A stretch of 64,000 bases of DNA from Kofleriaceae bacterium (GCA_965215005.1 CBDCCZ010000037.1:37209-101208); one strand, 5' to 3'; counted from the stretch's first letter, positions 9,925-20,815 are shown. Program-made: numbers and translations. The notes: generated by a model not told the origin, from the letters alone.

Positions 9925-12240
9925 CTAGTCGTAGAACGCGACGACGCTGAGGCCGGAATACGGCCGATAGCCGTTGACCATCACGTACCAGCGTCCCGCC
10001 GGCGGCGTGCCCGGCACGTAGACGCTTTCGTTATTGCCATCGCGATACGGGCGGAAGTCGTAGCTGGTGCGCGTGGGGATGTCGCCGTAGCGCACGTAGA
10101 GGTCGGCATCGCCCGTGCCGTTGCCGATGCCGAAGCGCAGGTTCGTAGCGCCGGCCGGAACATCGACGTAGTAGATAGATTCGCTGCTCAGCGCACCGGT
10201 CACGTCGTTGAGCTGCACGCCATTCTCGAGCTGAGCGTACGGCTCGTCGGAGTCGCCGGCGTCACCGGCAGCGGTGAAGCTGGCGGTGAGCGAGGCAGCG
10301 CTGTACGCGCGATAGCCACGCACCATGATGTAGTAGGTTCCTTCGCGAGTCGTCGTGGGCGCGACCTCCTCATTGTTGCCTTCGAGGTAAGGGCGGAAGT
10401 CCCACGCCGAGGTCGTGGGCACTTGGCCATAGCGCACGTAGAGATCCGCATCGCCGTCGCCCCCGCTGAGCGCGAATCGCAAGTTGGTGGCGCCCTGCGG
10501 TACCGACAGCTCGAAGAACACTTCTGTTGCCTGCTCGCCGGCGAGGCCCGTCGCGGCGACATCGTTCTCTAGGACGACGACACCCGGGGTTGGGTTGGGC
10601 GTGGGAGTAGGCTCGGGATTGGGCGTCGGCTCTGGGGTCGGCTCAGGCGTGGGATCCGTTGGCGCCTCGCCGACACCGACGGCCGCCCACGCCGCTGCGA
10701 TGGCGTTGACTTCGCTGGCTCCGTAGAGATCTTGAGCCGCCTGCACGGTTGCCTCGCGAGCTGCCGCGAAGTTGGTGGTGGAGCCCATGTACACCGTGAG
10801 CGCGCGATAGAAGATGGCGCCGGCTTTATCCATGCCGATGGCCGGGACTTGCACTGCGGTCTTGTTGCGCGGATGGGCTCCGCCGGTGACCGCCAGCTTG
10901 AACGCAAGATTCGCGATGCCGCTGTTTAGATGCACGCCGCCGTTGTCTTGCCCGCCGGTGTAGCGCTCGGGATAGAAGTCATAGGACTGACCATCGACGG
11001 TGGGGTTGTCCATGTAGCGAAGCGCATCGCCCGGTTGATTGGGCGTATAGATGTCCTCGCCCAGCTTCCAGGTGTCGCCGTTGACGCCGCCGTCGGCAAA
11101 GGCCTCGCAGACCGCGCCGAAGATGTCGCTCATGGCCTCGTTGAGGGCGCCCGGCTCGTTCTGATAGACGAGATTGGCAGTGAACTGCGTGACCCCGTGG
11201 CCGAGCTCGTGCGCGGTGACATCGAGCGAGGTCGCCAGCGGCCCCAGGACCTGACCGTCGCCATCGCCATAGACCATCTGCTGACCGTTCCAGAAGGCGT
11301 TGTTGTAGTTGCGCCCGTAGTGCACGGTGCTGCGCAGCTCGCCGCCGCTGCCGTTGAACGAGTCGCGGCCAAAAATCTGCGAGAAGCAGTCCCAGGTGGT
11401 GCCAGTGTTGTCGTAGGCCGCCGCGATGACTGCATCGCCCACTTGCTGACCGCCCTCGGCGATCGACAGCGAGCCGGGCAGCGAATCGCCGCCGCCGGCG
11501 TCGTAGACGTTGCGGTTCTTGACGGAGTGGATTTGCGGGTGAAGGTCGCGCACCAAGCGCTCGGCCGCGTCTACGAACACCAAATCATGGATCGGCGTGT
11601 CGCCGTCCTGCGCGCGCACGTCGACGCGCCAGCTCAAGTAGATGTTGCCGTCGCGGGACGACTTGACGTACACCAGCTCGGCATCGCCGGCGACCGCGTC
11701 GTGTCCGACCTCGGCAACTGCAAACGTGCGGGCATCGGCTGCCGAGAGCTTGGCAGTGGTGGGCAGCTCGAGCGTCCCTTGACTGGTGCTGTTGGCCGAC
11801 ACGATGGAGCCATCGGTGGCGATGTGCAGGATGGTTTCGGCGCCCACCACCGGCAGACCCTTCTGGGTCTCGGCGTAGGCAACGTGAGTCATGCCGAGCG
11901 AGTCATGGGCGATGCGCGAGGCAACCAGATTGGCCCGCTTTAGCCCGAAGGCCGGAGCGATCTTGCTAAGCGCGGTATCGATCTCGGCGTCCATGCCGAC
12001 GAGATCACGGCCAGCGACGCCGTGACCGAGGTTGCCGCTGATGTACTCGGGGATGCCGCGGTCGCCAACGCGAACGATCTCGACGCGGGGCAATTGATCG
12101 AGCGCCTGCTGAATGTCATCGCTGACTTCATAGGGCTTCTCGGAGCCGACTTGGCAGCCGATGAGCATCATGGCAACCCCGAAGCCGAGTGCGCTTCGGG
12201 CGAAGGGCTGGGTACTGCTTGTCCTCGCGATTCGTTGCAT
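9925..12240 (-). CDS. Secreted M4 (thermolysin-family) metalloprotease with propeptide, Pro/Thr linker and two PPC domains
   Basis: [21 protein letters not shown] and [18 protein letters not shown] linker; two [10 protein letters not shown] domains; GGAG RBS before ATG 12240. Confidence 0.93.
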   Translation of the reverse strand: MQRIARTSSTQPFARSALGFGVAMMLIGCQVGSEKPYEVSDDIQQALDQLPRVEIVRVGDRGIPEYISGNLGHGVAGRDLVGMDAEIDTALSKIAPAFGLKRANLVASRIAHDSLGMTHVAYAETQKGLPVVGAETILHIATDGSIVSANSTSQGTLELPTTAKLSAADARTFAVAEVGHDAVAGDAELVYVKSSRDGNIYLSWRVDVRAQDGDTPIHDLVFVDAAERLVRDLHPQIHSVKNRNVYDAGGGDSLPGSLSIAEGGQQVGDAVIAAAYDNTGTTWDCFSQIFGRDSFNGSGGELRSTVHYGRNYNNAFWNGQQMVYGDGDGQVLGPLATSLDVTAHELGHGVTQFTANLVYQNEPGALNEAMSDIFGAVCEAFADGGVNGDTWKLGEDIYTPNQPGDALRYMDNPTVDGQSYDFYPERYTGGQDNGGVHLNSGIANLAFKLAVTGGAHPRNKTAVQVPAIGMDKAGAIFYRALTVYMGSTTNFAAAREATVQAAQDLYGASEVNAIAAAWAAVGVGEAPTDPTPEPTPEPTPNPEPTPTPNPTPGVVVLENDVAATGLAGEQATEVFFELSVPQGATNLRFALSGGDGDADLYVRYGQVPTTSAWDFRPYLEGNNEEVAPTTTREGTYYIMVRGYRAYSAASLTASFTAAGDAGDSDEPYAQLENGVQLNDVTGALSSESIYYVDVPAGATNLRFGIGNGTGDADLYVRYGDIPTRTSYDFRPYRDGNNESVYVPGTPPAGRWYVMVNGYRPYSGLSVVAFYD

Positions 12241-12586
12241 GGTTCTCCCGTGTTTGAGGGTCGGTAGCGGGTCGGGCGTTTTACACAGTCCATGCCACCG
12301 GCCAACGAACGTGCGTCGCCGGTGGCAGATCGTGGCGCCACTGGCCACCGCAGTCGCCCCTGCCGTCATAGGCGTACCTGCACTTACTCTCGACGGAGGA
12401 GGTGAGTCAGAACGACTCGGATCTCACCAACGGCCAGCTGCTCTGCGCGAATCAGATTCGGGGCAAGATTCCACGTTCTGCTGATACGCAAGAGCATCAG
12501 GTGCAGCAATATGAAGGCCCCTCGCTGCAACCGCTGCGGATGCGCGCCGATCGCAGCGCTTGCCGCAAGCCGTTGCCTTCCGCTAT

Positions 12587-12970
12587 GTGAGACCGGTGGT
12601 CATCGACGAACAGCTTGCCGACGACGGCTCGATGCTGCGCACGCACGTGCAGCTCGATGAGGGCCACCTACTGATCGTCGCTGACGATGGCGTGCGCGGC
12701 CGACTCTCCGCCGACAGTCTCGCCCGTCTCATCCAGCGCTACGGCAAGCCGCTCAGTGACGAGGTCGTAGTCGCCGGCGACACTCTCGAGCTAGGCGACG
12801 GCCGACTGCTCACAAGACTCGACTACCGTGCCCCTGTCGACCTCGAGGCCAAGACCTACCTCGTGTGGTCGGAGCCGGGGGCGGCGCCGATTGCGGCGCT
12901 AGCGCCCGGGGTTGCGGCGGCACTGCGGTTTCTAGTGTCGGCGCTGGCAGCCCGCCGCCAATCCCCGTGA
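12587..12970 (+). CDS. Hypothetical protein
   Basis: Coding-like ORF upstream of the MoxR operon; start uncertain. Confidence 0.55.
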   Translation: MRPVVIDEQLADDGSMLRTHVQLDEGHLLIVADDGVRGRLSADSLARLIQRYGKPLSDEVVVAGDTLELGDGRLLTRLDYRAPVDLEAKTYLVWSEPGAAPIAALAPGVAAALRFLVSALAARRQSP

Positions 12971-13084
12971 CGAAATTTGACTTGGCGATAGACGGTCGCT
13001 GAACGTTGCTGTCCTTGCTGCCGTGATCGCAGCGCGCGCTCGCCGCGGCACCCGGGCCGCTCAACGCCATGCTAGCGTGAATCC

Positions 13085-14614
13085 ATGCTCGAGCATGTCG
13101 CTCTCGGCCAAGCGCGATTCATGACGCCGGGGGTGGCGCCGGATCCCCGCGGCGTGATTCTCGGCCGCTACGCGTTACTGGTGTTTCCCACCCTGGAGGG
13201 GGTGGTCTCGTGGTTGCGCTTGTATTCTGCAGAAGCATCGCTCGACGAGTTGCTCACCGGGCTGTCTATCCATCGCGTGGTGACGCCGCTGATGAGCCGC
13301 GGGATGGTCGTCCAAATACCAGCTTCATCAAGCTATACGATCGACCGCGCCGCGCGTTGCGCTCGCCTGATTGGCGGCACCACGTACACCGGCACCAGCA
13401 AGCACTACGTCAAGTACCGCGATGATCGCTCGCCGTATGGCTACGATCTCGTCGAAGTTTCAGCGCTGCCACAAGGCGCCGATTACATGCTCCACGGCCT
13501 GGACTTCACCCAAACCTATGCCCGCGAGGGCGAGCTGTCGTTTGCGCAGCTGCTATTTCGCTTGTCGCTGCGCCGCGTACCCGGCGGCGCGCGATTGGGC
13601 AGCGACGAGAAGAGCGAGGTGCTGCTTACCGTGCAGCGGGGTCTGGGCGAAGGCGTCATACGATATCTGTGGCGCAATCGCGTGGCCGCCGAGGTTGGTC
13701 TGCTCGAGCCGAAAGCAAAAAGCTCGCTCGGCGAGCTCGGCCGCGACCCGAGCTATCTGGTGATGCGCGTGCGCAACATCCCGGAGCGGATTCTGGCGCT
13801 GTTTCTCGCGACCCCGGGAATCGATGTGTTTCGCCCGGCGGGCCCTGGGGTCGCGGTGGAGCTCGGCTTTGCGCACGTCATCGACTTATCCTCGTGCGCA
13901 AGCGTGTTCAGCGACGACAGCTTCTTTCTGTTTTGGGGCCAGCAAGATCGCGTCGATCAGCTGCCGGGACCGCTGGAGCTCGCCAACATCGAGAATCTCA
14001 CCGGCATCGAGATCGAGCTCGAAGAACCCAAGACCCGCAACAGCCTCGATCTCTCCGCGCACGACTCGGTAGGGGTTGGGGTGCGGCTGGCGCCGTCGCT
14101 GCAGTCGCCGCGCAACGTCATCGCGTCGCTGGTGCCATTGGCGCAGGCGGACCTGGTCAAGCGATTGATCTATTTCCTGCCGCCGACCAGCCTGCGCGGT
14201 CATCGCGTCGCCGTTACCGATCGCGGGATCTTGCTGATGGGCAGCGACGACCTCGACGTGGTGCCGCTTGGGCAGTTGCTTTCCGAGCTGGCGCCGGGCC
14301 TGCTGGTGCCGCTGGGGATGGACCTGGTGCCGCGCGTGGCCCCCGAGGTTCTGGGACGAACGCTTGGGCATGGCGCTGGGGTGCTCACTGTATTTCCTCA
14401 CGACGAGGTACCGTTCCAGATCAGCGACGCGGCGCTGCAGCCGCTCGAGCGTCGCGCCCTCGCCAAGATAGAGGTCGCGCGCGCTACCGCTCGAGACACC
14501 AGCGTGGCCGAGGCAGACGCGCCGATGGTGGTGAATGACCCGATTGGGCGGTTCTCGCTCTGGGGCTTTCCGTCCCTGCCCACGACCAAGGCGTTGCCGC
14601 CCAAAGGCGGCTGA
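13085..14614 (+). CDS. Hypothetical protein, first gene of MoxR-vWA operon (possible ternary-system partner domain)
   Basis: 509-aa ORF, co-oriented with and tightly spaced to the MoxR/vWA genes. Confidence 0.75.
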   Translation: MLEHVALGQARFMTPGVAPDPRGVILGRYALLVFPTLEGVVSWLRLYSAEASLDELLTGLSIHRVVTPLMSRGMVVQIPASSSYTIDRAARCARLIGGTTYTGTSKHYVKYRDDRSPYGYDLVEVSALPQGADYMLHGLDFTQTYAREGELSFAQLLFRLSLRRVPGGARLGSDEKSEVLLTVQRGLGEGVIRYLWRNRVAAEVGLLEPKAKSSLGELGRDPSYLVMRVRNIPERILALFLATPGIDVFRPAGPGVAVELGFAHVIDLSSCASVFSDDSFFLFWGQQDRVDQLPGPLELANIENLTGIEIELEEPKTRNSLDLSAHDSVGVGVRLAPSLQSPRNVIASLVPLAQADLVKRLIYFLPPTSLRGHRVAVTDRGILLMGSDDLDVVPLGQLLSELAPGLLVPLGMDLVPRVAPEVLGRTLGHGAGVLTVFPHDEVPFQISDAALQPLERRALAKIEVARATARDTSVAEADAPMVVNDPIGRFSLWGFPSLPTTKALPPKGG

Positions 14615-14628
14615 GCGCAGGGGCTCCC

Positions 14629-15783
14629 ATGGCTCGACGCAGCGTCGCGGAGTTTTTGCAGCACTTCGTGTTGCCGCTCGTACGCGGCGGCCCATTGCGG
14701 GTCGGGCGGCCGCTCGATCCCGACGACTTGCGCGCCTTCGAAGACGACCTGCCGCACGCGAGCGTCGAGCTGGTAGCCGTCGACGAGGCGCGCACTGCCG
14801 TACTCTCTGAGCTGGTGGTGCGCCCGCCCGCCCTCGTCCTCGACGCCGATGAGCTGCGTCTCGCGGCAGCGCTGCACAACGTGCTGTTTCTCGTGCACCC
14901 ACGCGCTGACGAGGTCTGGGTGAGCGCGCGCCAGCTTCGCCGCGTCGCCACCCACGCCCAGGAGCTGGCCTCGCAGCCGTTGCGGCCACACCGCCGGCGA
15001 CTCTTGGCGCGCCACGCGCTGCTGCACAATGTCTTCAACGTGCGTCGGACCGACCTTCGGGTGTCGTGGTGGACTGGCAGCGCGCAGTTCTTCGGCCAGG
15101 AGCCGCCATCGCGACTCACGTCGTGGAAGGCTGTGCGCCGGGTGCAAGAAGAGACCAGTGTGGCGACTTACGGCGATCTTCTGGCCTCGCCGGAGGCCCA
15201 AGCGGTGATGGCAACGCTGCTTCGGCGCAGTCCGATTACGCAGCTGTGCTCGGATCATCCGAGCGCGCCGGCGCTGCATTGGGAAGACGCCACGCCGGTG
15301 TTGCGCGATCTCGAGCTGGCGCGGGCGGTGGCGTACCAGGTGTTGCGGGGCAGCGACCCGGAGGTCATGGCGGCCGCTCCGGCGCGCCTAGCGGCGGCGT
15401 TCGAGCAGCTTCTCGAGCGCCACGCGCCGGAGGAGGAGCTGCGGGTGGTGGTGGCGTTCCTCGTGCACCTCAACGTGCTCCTTGCGGTGGGGGAGCTGCG
15501 CCAACGCAATTGGGCGGCGAGATCGCCTCTGCTCACCCGCATGTTGGCCGCTGAGCGTGCCGGCCAGCGCCCACGGGGCCTAACGACGTTTCTCGCGCTC
15601 CCCAACGCGATGGCTGCTGTCGACGCGCGGGTTGCTTTGCCCCCAGGCCTACTCGATGAGCCGATGCTGCGGCGGCGATGGCAGGCGCATCGCAGGCAAG
15701 TTGCCGAGGAGCTCGGCGAAGCGTTCATCGAGGCGCTCCATGGCCGTCTGCGCCGGCACTTCACGCCGCCGGTGTCTGGGTGA
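14629..15783 (+). CDS. Hypothetical alpha-helical protein in MoxR-vWA operon
   Basis: 384-aa Leu/Ala/Arg-rich ORF starting 14 nt after the previous stop. Confidence 0.7.
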   Translation: MARRSVAEFLQHFVLPLVRGGPLRVGRPLDPDDLRAFEDDLPHASVELVAVDEARTAVLSELVVRPPALVLDADELRLAAALHNVLFLVHPRADEVWVSARQLRRVATHAQELASQPLRPHRRRLLARHALLHNVFNVRRTDLRVSWWTGSAQFFGQEPPSRLTSWKAVRRVQEETSVATYGDLLASPEAQAVMATLLRRSPITQLCSDHPSAPALHWEDATPVLRDLELARAVAYQVLRGSDPEVMAAAPARLAAAFEQLLERHAPEEELRVVVAFLVHLNVLLAVGELRQRNWAARSPLLTRMLAAERAGQRPRGLTTFLALPNAMAAVDARVALPPGLLDEPMLRRRWQAHRRQVAEELGEAFIEALHGRLRRHFTPPVSG

Positions 15784-15890
15784 GGTCGCCGAGCGGTCGA
15801 GCAGTTCGCGGGCCATTCGGTAGCGTCGCTGCCGGCGAACATTTAGACTCGCGCACAAGCTCTGATTTGTAGGGTTTTCTCGAAGCTACC

Positions 15891-17102
15891 ATGTCAAGTC
15901 CTCCGCCCACACCGCCACGACCGACCTCGGCGCTCGACATCGCGCGCGTGAGCTCGCACTTCCAAGACGTCGCCCGCACCTTGGGCAGTCACTTCCTCGA
16001 CAAGCAAGAGATCATCCGCCTGATGCTGATCTCCGCGATTGCGGGCGAGCACATGGTCATCATCGGGCCGCCGGGAACTGCGAAGTCGGCGCTGATCGCG
16101 ATGTTTGCGCGGCTCATCGATGCGACGTACTTCGAGTATTTGCTCACGCGCTTCACCGAGCCCAACGAGCTATTCGGGCCGGTGGACATCAAGGAATTCC
16201 GCGAGGGGCGCTACCGGCGGCGCACCGACAACATGCTCCCCGAGGCTGAGATTGTCTTCTTAGATGAGATCTTCAAGTCCAACTCAGCGATCTTGAACTC
16301 GCTGCTGCATGTCATCAATGAGCGGCGATTCTCCAACGGCCCAACCGTGCAGGAGGTGCCGCTGTTGTCGCTGTTTGCGGCCTCCAACGAGGTTCCCAAC
16401 GATGAGAATTTGTCGGCGATGTTCGACCGATTTCTCCTCCGCGCGTTGTCGGACAACCTCGACAGCTATCACTTTCATGAGCTGATGAACCGCGGCATTG
16501 CGCACGAGGTTCGCAAGATGACGGGACGCTCGGCGGAGCTCCATCCGCTCACCAGCGGCGCGGAGCTGCGTCGTTTGCAGGCCACCTTCGATCGGTTCAT
16601 GGCGTTTCCCGACGACTTCATGGCCAAGTACAAGGGGCTGATTTTTCAGATTCGCTCTGAGGGCATCACGGTGTCCGATCGCCGCGCGGTCAAGCTTCTC
16701 AAGCTGTTTGCCGCGTCGGCGGTCTTCGATGGTCGCACCACCGTCGCCGATGGTGACTTCTTCGTGCTTCGTCACATTTGGAACAATCTCGACCAAGTCG
16801 AGCTGCTCGAAGAAATCGTCAATCCGGTGGTAGATGCTTACTATCGCGACCGCCCGGAGGAACGCCGCTTCATCGGCCCTCAGGCCAGCCTCGAGGACCT
16901 GCTTTCCGAGCTCGGCCTGATTCGCGAGCTCCTCACTTCGAGCGCCGAGCTCTCCGATATCCAGCTGTTTTCGCAGCTCAAGAACCTAAACGAAATCAAG
17001 GCGGCGCTAGCGGTCATCGGCAACGAGACTGCGCAGCGCATGATCCGCGAGGTCGATCAGCTCCTCGAGAGCGTGTTTGCTTCGTCCAAGTTTGGCATGT
17101 AG
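15891..17102 (+). CDS. MoxR/RavA-type AAA+ ATPase
   Basis: GPPGTAKS Walker A, YLLTRFTEPNELFGP, FLDEIFK Walker B, ASNE sensor, FDRF. Confidence 0.93.
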   Translation: MSSPPPTPPRPTSALDIARVSSHFQDVARTLGSHFLDKQEIIRLMLISAIAGEHMVIIGPPGTAKSALIAMFARLIDATYFEYLLTRFTEPNELFGPVDIKEFREGRYRRRTDNMLPEAEIVFLDEIFKSNSAILNSLLHVINERRFSNGPTVQEVPLLSLFAASNEVPNDENLSAMFDRFLLRALSDNLDSYHFHELMNRGIAHEVRKMTGRSAELHPLTSGAELRRLQATFDRFMAFPDDFMAKYKGLIFQIRSEGITVSDRRAVKLLKLFAASAVFDGRTTVADGDFFVLRHIWNNLDQVELLEEIVNPVVDAYYRDRPEERRFIGPQASLEDLLSELGLIRELLTSSAELSDIQLFSQLKNLNEIKAALAVIGNETAQRMIREVDQLLESVFASSKFGM

Positions 17103-17119
17103 CGAAAGGCGCGTGCATC

Positions 17120-17482
17120 GTGCTCAAGGTCTGCATCTTTGACGACGTGGTCGCGGCTCGCGGCGAGACGTTTCACATACCAGGGCTCGAGGTCGAGGTG
17201 CACCGCCACGCAGATGAGGCCGTGAGCCTGTGTGGCCAGCACGGGTTTGACCTCGTGTGCATGGACTTTGCGATGGGGCAGGGGCGCAAGACCGGCGCTG
17301 AAGCGACGCGCGCGCTGCGCGCTGCTGGCTTTGCCGGCCGCATCATCGGCATCTCTAGCGATCCGGCGGCCAATGCTGCCATGCGTGCCGCCGGAGCCGA
17401 CGACTGCCTGGCCTCCAAGGCGCTGTTGCGGTCGTATCTGGTGCACGTGGGCGAGCAGGATGCGCCCGTGGTGCCTCGCTAG
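17120..17482 (+). CDS. Single-domain response regulator (receiver)
   Basis: VCIFDD acidic pocket, VCMDFAM phospho-Asp, IIGISS, GADDCLASK; GTG start. Confidence 0.75.
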   Translation: MLKVCIFDDVVAARGETFHIPGLEVEVHRHADEAVSLCGQHGFDLVCMDFAMGQGRKTGAEATRALRAAGFAGRIIGISSDPAANAAMRAAGADDCLASKALLRSYLVHVGEQDAPVVPR

Positions 17483-17485
17483 ACC

Positions 17486-18967
17486 ATGCCCATTCCCGCG
17501 GAGTTGCGACGTTCGTTTCTCGCGCGCCAGGTGGGCACGCTCGCGCTCTCGCACGTGCAGATCGACAACCCGATGGCGGCGATTCGCGCGGCAGCGTGGT
17601 GCAACTCGATGGCGCGGCTGGGCATTCACCTGCCGCTGTTCGTGGTTCACGACTTTGGGGTCTTGTTCACCACTCCGCGAGGCACCGCGGGATGGCGCAT
17701 CGCCCCGCGGGCAACCGCCTTGGCGCAAATTCGCCCGCCGGCAGCTGTGACGCCGCTGCTCGAGAAGTATGTGCAGCTGTTGCACAATGTTGCGGGCTCG
17801 GAGGTGGTCGAGAAAGTCTCCGGTTGGCGGTTGCGCGATGAGTTGGTGGCGGTGCTGATGACCCGTGCTCTCGGCGATACCTACAATCGCTGGCGCGATC
17901 GCGCCAAGGCCGCTGGTGCCGGCGAGCTTCCCCTCGACTTGAGTGTGTATACCGACGTCGACCCCGCCGAGCATTTCCTCGAGTTCGACTCCAAGCCGCT
18001 GTGGGCATTCCTCGAGCACCTCGCCAGTCAGTCGCTGCACATCTACACCAGCGTCGAGCTCATCGACTTGGACACGGTGCGCCTGTTGGGAATGTTCAAG
18101 GAAGATACGGCTCACGGCTCCGAGGCGCTCGGCAGCGCGGTGGATCTGGTCGATTTGTTTGCTGCGTTGGGATCACCGGAAGCTCACGATGTAGCCAACT
18201 TTTCCCTCGAGCTACTTCCCTCGGTGCTCGAGACCAAGCGAGCCTCAGGGGTGCAGTCGTTTGCTGTCGATGGCTACGCCTCGGTCGAGCGCAGCGGCAA
18301 CATCGACTCGCTCATGCTTTCAGAGCTGGCGTACGACCAAGAGCTCTTCGAGCAGAAAGTGGTCGACCAAGAGCTCCTCTACTATGGCCATGAGCGCGAG
18401 CGCGAGGATGAGAAGCGGCTGCAATACATCTTGGTCGACTCTTCGGCCTCGATGCGCGGCAAACGGCAGGTGTTCGCGCGCGGGCTGGCGCTCACCCTGG
18501 TGAAGAAGCTCTCGCTCGAGGGCGATGAGGTCTGGTTTCGCTTCTTTGATTCGCGGCTCCACGAGCTGGTCAAGGTGCAGCGTTCGGGGCAAGTGCCGGT
18601 GCCGTACCTGTTGTCATTTCGTTCCGAGCGTGGCCGCAACTATGGCAAGGTATTTCGCCAGCTGCTCCTAGAGCTCACGCGGCTCGGACGCGAGCAGCGC
18701 CGGCAGGTCGTGGTGTACATCATCACGCACGGGCAGGCCCATGTTGCCGCCGAGCTGGTCGCGGCGATGGCGCAGCAGGCATTTTTGTACGGCATCATCA
18801 TTCTGCCGTCGCAGGAGGTGTCGCTCGAGTTTCTGCCGCTGCTGCATCGCTCGCAGATCGTCGAGTCGACGACCTTCGTGTCGCGCGCGGGCCGGCGTGA
18901 TCGCGCTCTCGATATCGTCACCGACACTTCGCAGTCGCGACGTCGCGGCCGCGGCGAGGCGCTCTAG
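17486..18967 (+). CDS. vWA-domain protein (MoxR partner, ViaA-like role)
   Basis: ILVDSSASMRG MIDAS motif; C-terminal YIITHG. Confidence 0.85.
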   Translation: MPIPAELRRSFLARQVGTLALSHVQIDNPMAAIRAAAWCNSMARLGIHLPLFVVHDFGVLFTTPRGTAGWRIAPRATALAQIRPPAAVTPLLEKYVQLLHNVAGSEVVEKVSGWRLRDELVAVLMTRALGDTYNRWRDRAKAAGAGELPLDLSVYTDVDPAEHFLEFDSKPLWAFLEHLASQSLHIYTSVELIDLDTVRLLGMFKEDTAHGSEALGSAVDLVDLFAALGSPEAHDVANFSLELLPSVLETKRASGVQSFAVDGYASVERSGNIDSLMLSELAYDQELFEQKVVDQELLYYGHEREREDEKRLQYILVDSSASMRGKRQVFARGLALTLVKKLSLEGDEVWFRFFDSRLHELVKVQRSGQVPVPYLLSFRSERGRNYGKVFRQLLLELTRLGREQRRQVVVYIITHGQAHVAAELVAAMAQQAFLYGIIILPSQEVSLEFLPLLHRSQIVESTTFVSRAGRRDRALDIVTDTSQSRRRGRGEAL

Positions 18968-18969
18968 CC

Positions 18970-20778
18970 GTGGCTCGCGATACCTACGCCTCCATTGAAA
19001 GCACGGCAGACCAGGCAGAGAGTCTGGTGGCGCAGGGGCGATTTGCCGATGCCGAGCGGTTCTACCGCGAGCTCATCGCGCAGACGCACGTCATCGACTA
19101 CGAATACGACGATTGGCTTCGCCGGCTGGCTGAGCTCTATCGGCAGCTCGGCCGTCGCCGCGAAGCAGGCTACATCTTTCTCTACCTGCACTACTTCGAC
19201 ACCGCTCGGGAGAGCTTCTCCGGCGACGATGGTCGCGCCGAGCGGGCCCGTATACTCGAGGTCGAAAAGCGCTGGCAAGAGGCGGCTGAGCTCTATCAAG
19301 AGGCTGACCGGCCCGTGCATGCGGCCGTCTGCTTGGAAAAGGCCAAGCGTTTTGCGCAGGCAGCGGGGCTTTGGGAATCGCTCCTCAAGTATCCTGGACT
19401 GCGCGATCGCGATTATGAAATGGCGCTAGTTCATTTCAACTATGGCATGGCGATGTCGCGGCTCGATGGGGAGGACGCCGCCGCTCATCGGGCGTTGGTC
19501 GATAGCCAGCGGCGCCTCGAGCAAGTCGCGGACGATTTCGAGACCCGCGGCGAGCGCGAGCGCGCGTTCGACTGCTATCAAATCCTCCTGAAGCTCGGCA
19601 AAGAGTCGGGTCAGTTCGAGAATCTCGCCGAGGGCTATTTGAGCTGCATCCGGGTGCTCAAGGAAGACAACCTCAAGTTCTACGTTCTGCAGTACTACGA
19701 AGACTTCGTGAAGCTCGCGCTCGAGCGCGGTGAGCTGCACGCGGCAGCGACGCTGCTCCAGGAAGCAGCCGAGTACTCGGTGCGGGCCGGCTTGCCTTAC
19801 GATCGCCGCTACACCGCACAAGCGGCCGAGACCTGGGTGCGATGTGCAGATAAACACCTGAGCGAGGGCCTTCCCGTAGAGATGGTCGAGAACGCGCTCC
19901 TGGCGGCAATCAGCTGCTACTCGGCGGTGGGCCACTACGTCGAAGTGCGGGGGCTATTCGAGCAGCTCGCCGAGCTCGAGCTCGCCGAGAAGACCCGCGA
20001 GCGCTACTCCAGCATCGCCCATCGCTACGCGGAGGCGAGCCCGCAAAGCGGCGATGCTCCCGCGTTTCCCGACTATCTAAAACAGCAGCACGCCTACGCC
20101 GATATTTGGTTCGTGGATCTCCTCGAGTGGGAGCTCGGTGGTGACCCGCAGCGGGTGGCCTCGTCCATCATCGGCGATCTTCGCTATCCCAATGGCATCC
20201 GGCGGCGCGCGCTGGTGGTGGTCTTGAGCTTGGCCGACGCCGCGCTCAGAGGCGAAGAGACAGCGCCGGAGACGCTCGTTCGGGTCGCGGATCTGCTTGG
20301 AGAGCTGCAGTCCTACGCCGCGCTGAACCCGCTGGAGCGCCTGTATGAGCACGCCGACCCACGGGTGCGGCGGGCGGCGGTGCGAGCGCTGAGGTTCTTG
20401 TTCTTCAAGCGCGCGTTCATCATCGTGCGTCGCGCCCTCGGCGACCGCGACGCCGCGGTGCGTGAAGCTGCCCTCGAGGCGCTTGGCGGGCTGCATTTCC
20501 CGCACGCGTTCAATCCTCTCGCGGGCATCTATCGCGACTCCGAAGATCCGCGGGTCATGGCCGCTGCGCTGGAATCCATCGGCAAGATACAGAGCATCGA
20601 GGCCGGAGAGCTTCTCGTGAGCGTGCTGCGGCAAGAAGAGGGAGGGCTGCGGGAGGTCGCGAAGCGCTCGTTAGCCCAGCTCGACAACGCCGACGTGTTC
20701 CCAATCTTGCGGCAGAACTTCGAGATTGAGACCAATCCCGAGGTCAGGGAGCTGCTCGGCGAGCTGCTGCGTCGATGA
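18970..20778 (+). CDS. TPR-like helical repeat plus HEAT repeat protein
   Basis: AAELY/AAVCLEKA helical repeats; C-terminal DPRVRRAAVRAL, DAAVREAALEAL and DPRVMAAALESI HEAT repeats. Confidence 0.8.
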   Translation: MARDTYASIESTADQAESLVAQGRFADAERFYRELIAQTHVIDYEYDDWLRRLAELYRQLGRRREAGYIFLYLHYFDTARESFSGDDGRAERARILEVEKRWQEAAELYQEADRPVHAAVCLEKAKRFAQAAGLWESLLKYPGLRDRDYEMALVHFNYGMAMSRLDGEDAAAHRALVDSQRRLEQVADDFETRGERERAFDCYQILLKLGKESGQFENLAEGYLSCIRVLKEDNLKFYVLQYYEDFVKLALERGELHAAATLLQEAAEYSVRAGLPYDRRYTAQAAETWVRCADKHLSEGLPVEMVENALLAAISCYSAVGHYVEVRGLFEQLAELELAEKTRERYSSIAHRYAEASPQSGDAPAFPDYLKQQHAYADIWFVDLLEWELGGDPQRVASSIIGDLRYPNGIRRRALVVVLSLADAALRGEETAPETLVRVADLLGELQSYAALNPLERLYEHADPRVRRAAVRALRFLFFKRAFIIVRRALGDRDAAVREAALEALGGLHFPHAFNPLAGIYRDSEDPRVMAAALESIGKIQSIEAGELLVSVLRQEEGGLREVAKRSLAQLDNADVFPILRQNFEIETNPEVRELLGELLRR

Positions 20779-20815
20779 TGATAGAGACACCGAGATGAGC
20801 CGACGGCTCGGCTGC

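Noticed and set aside
10585..10660. Repetitive sequence inside the protease gene
   Set aside because: Ordinary Pro/Thr interdomain linker
16778..17119. N-terminal extension of the receiver ORF
   Set aside because: Overlaps MoxR in another frame; the receiver fold starts at GTG 17120
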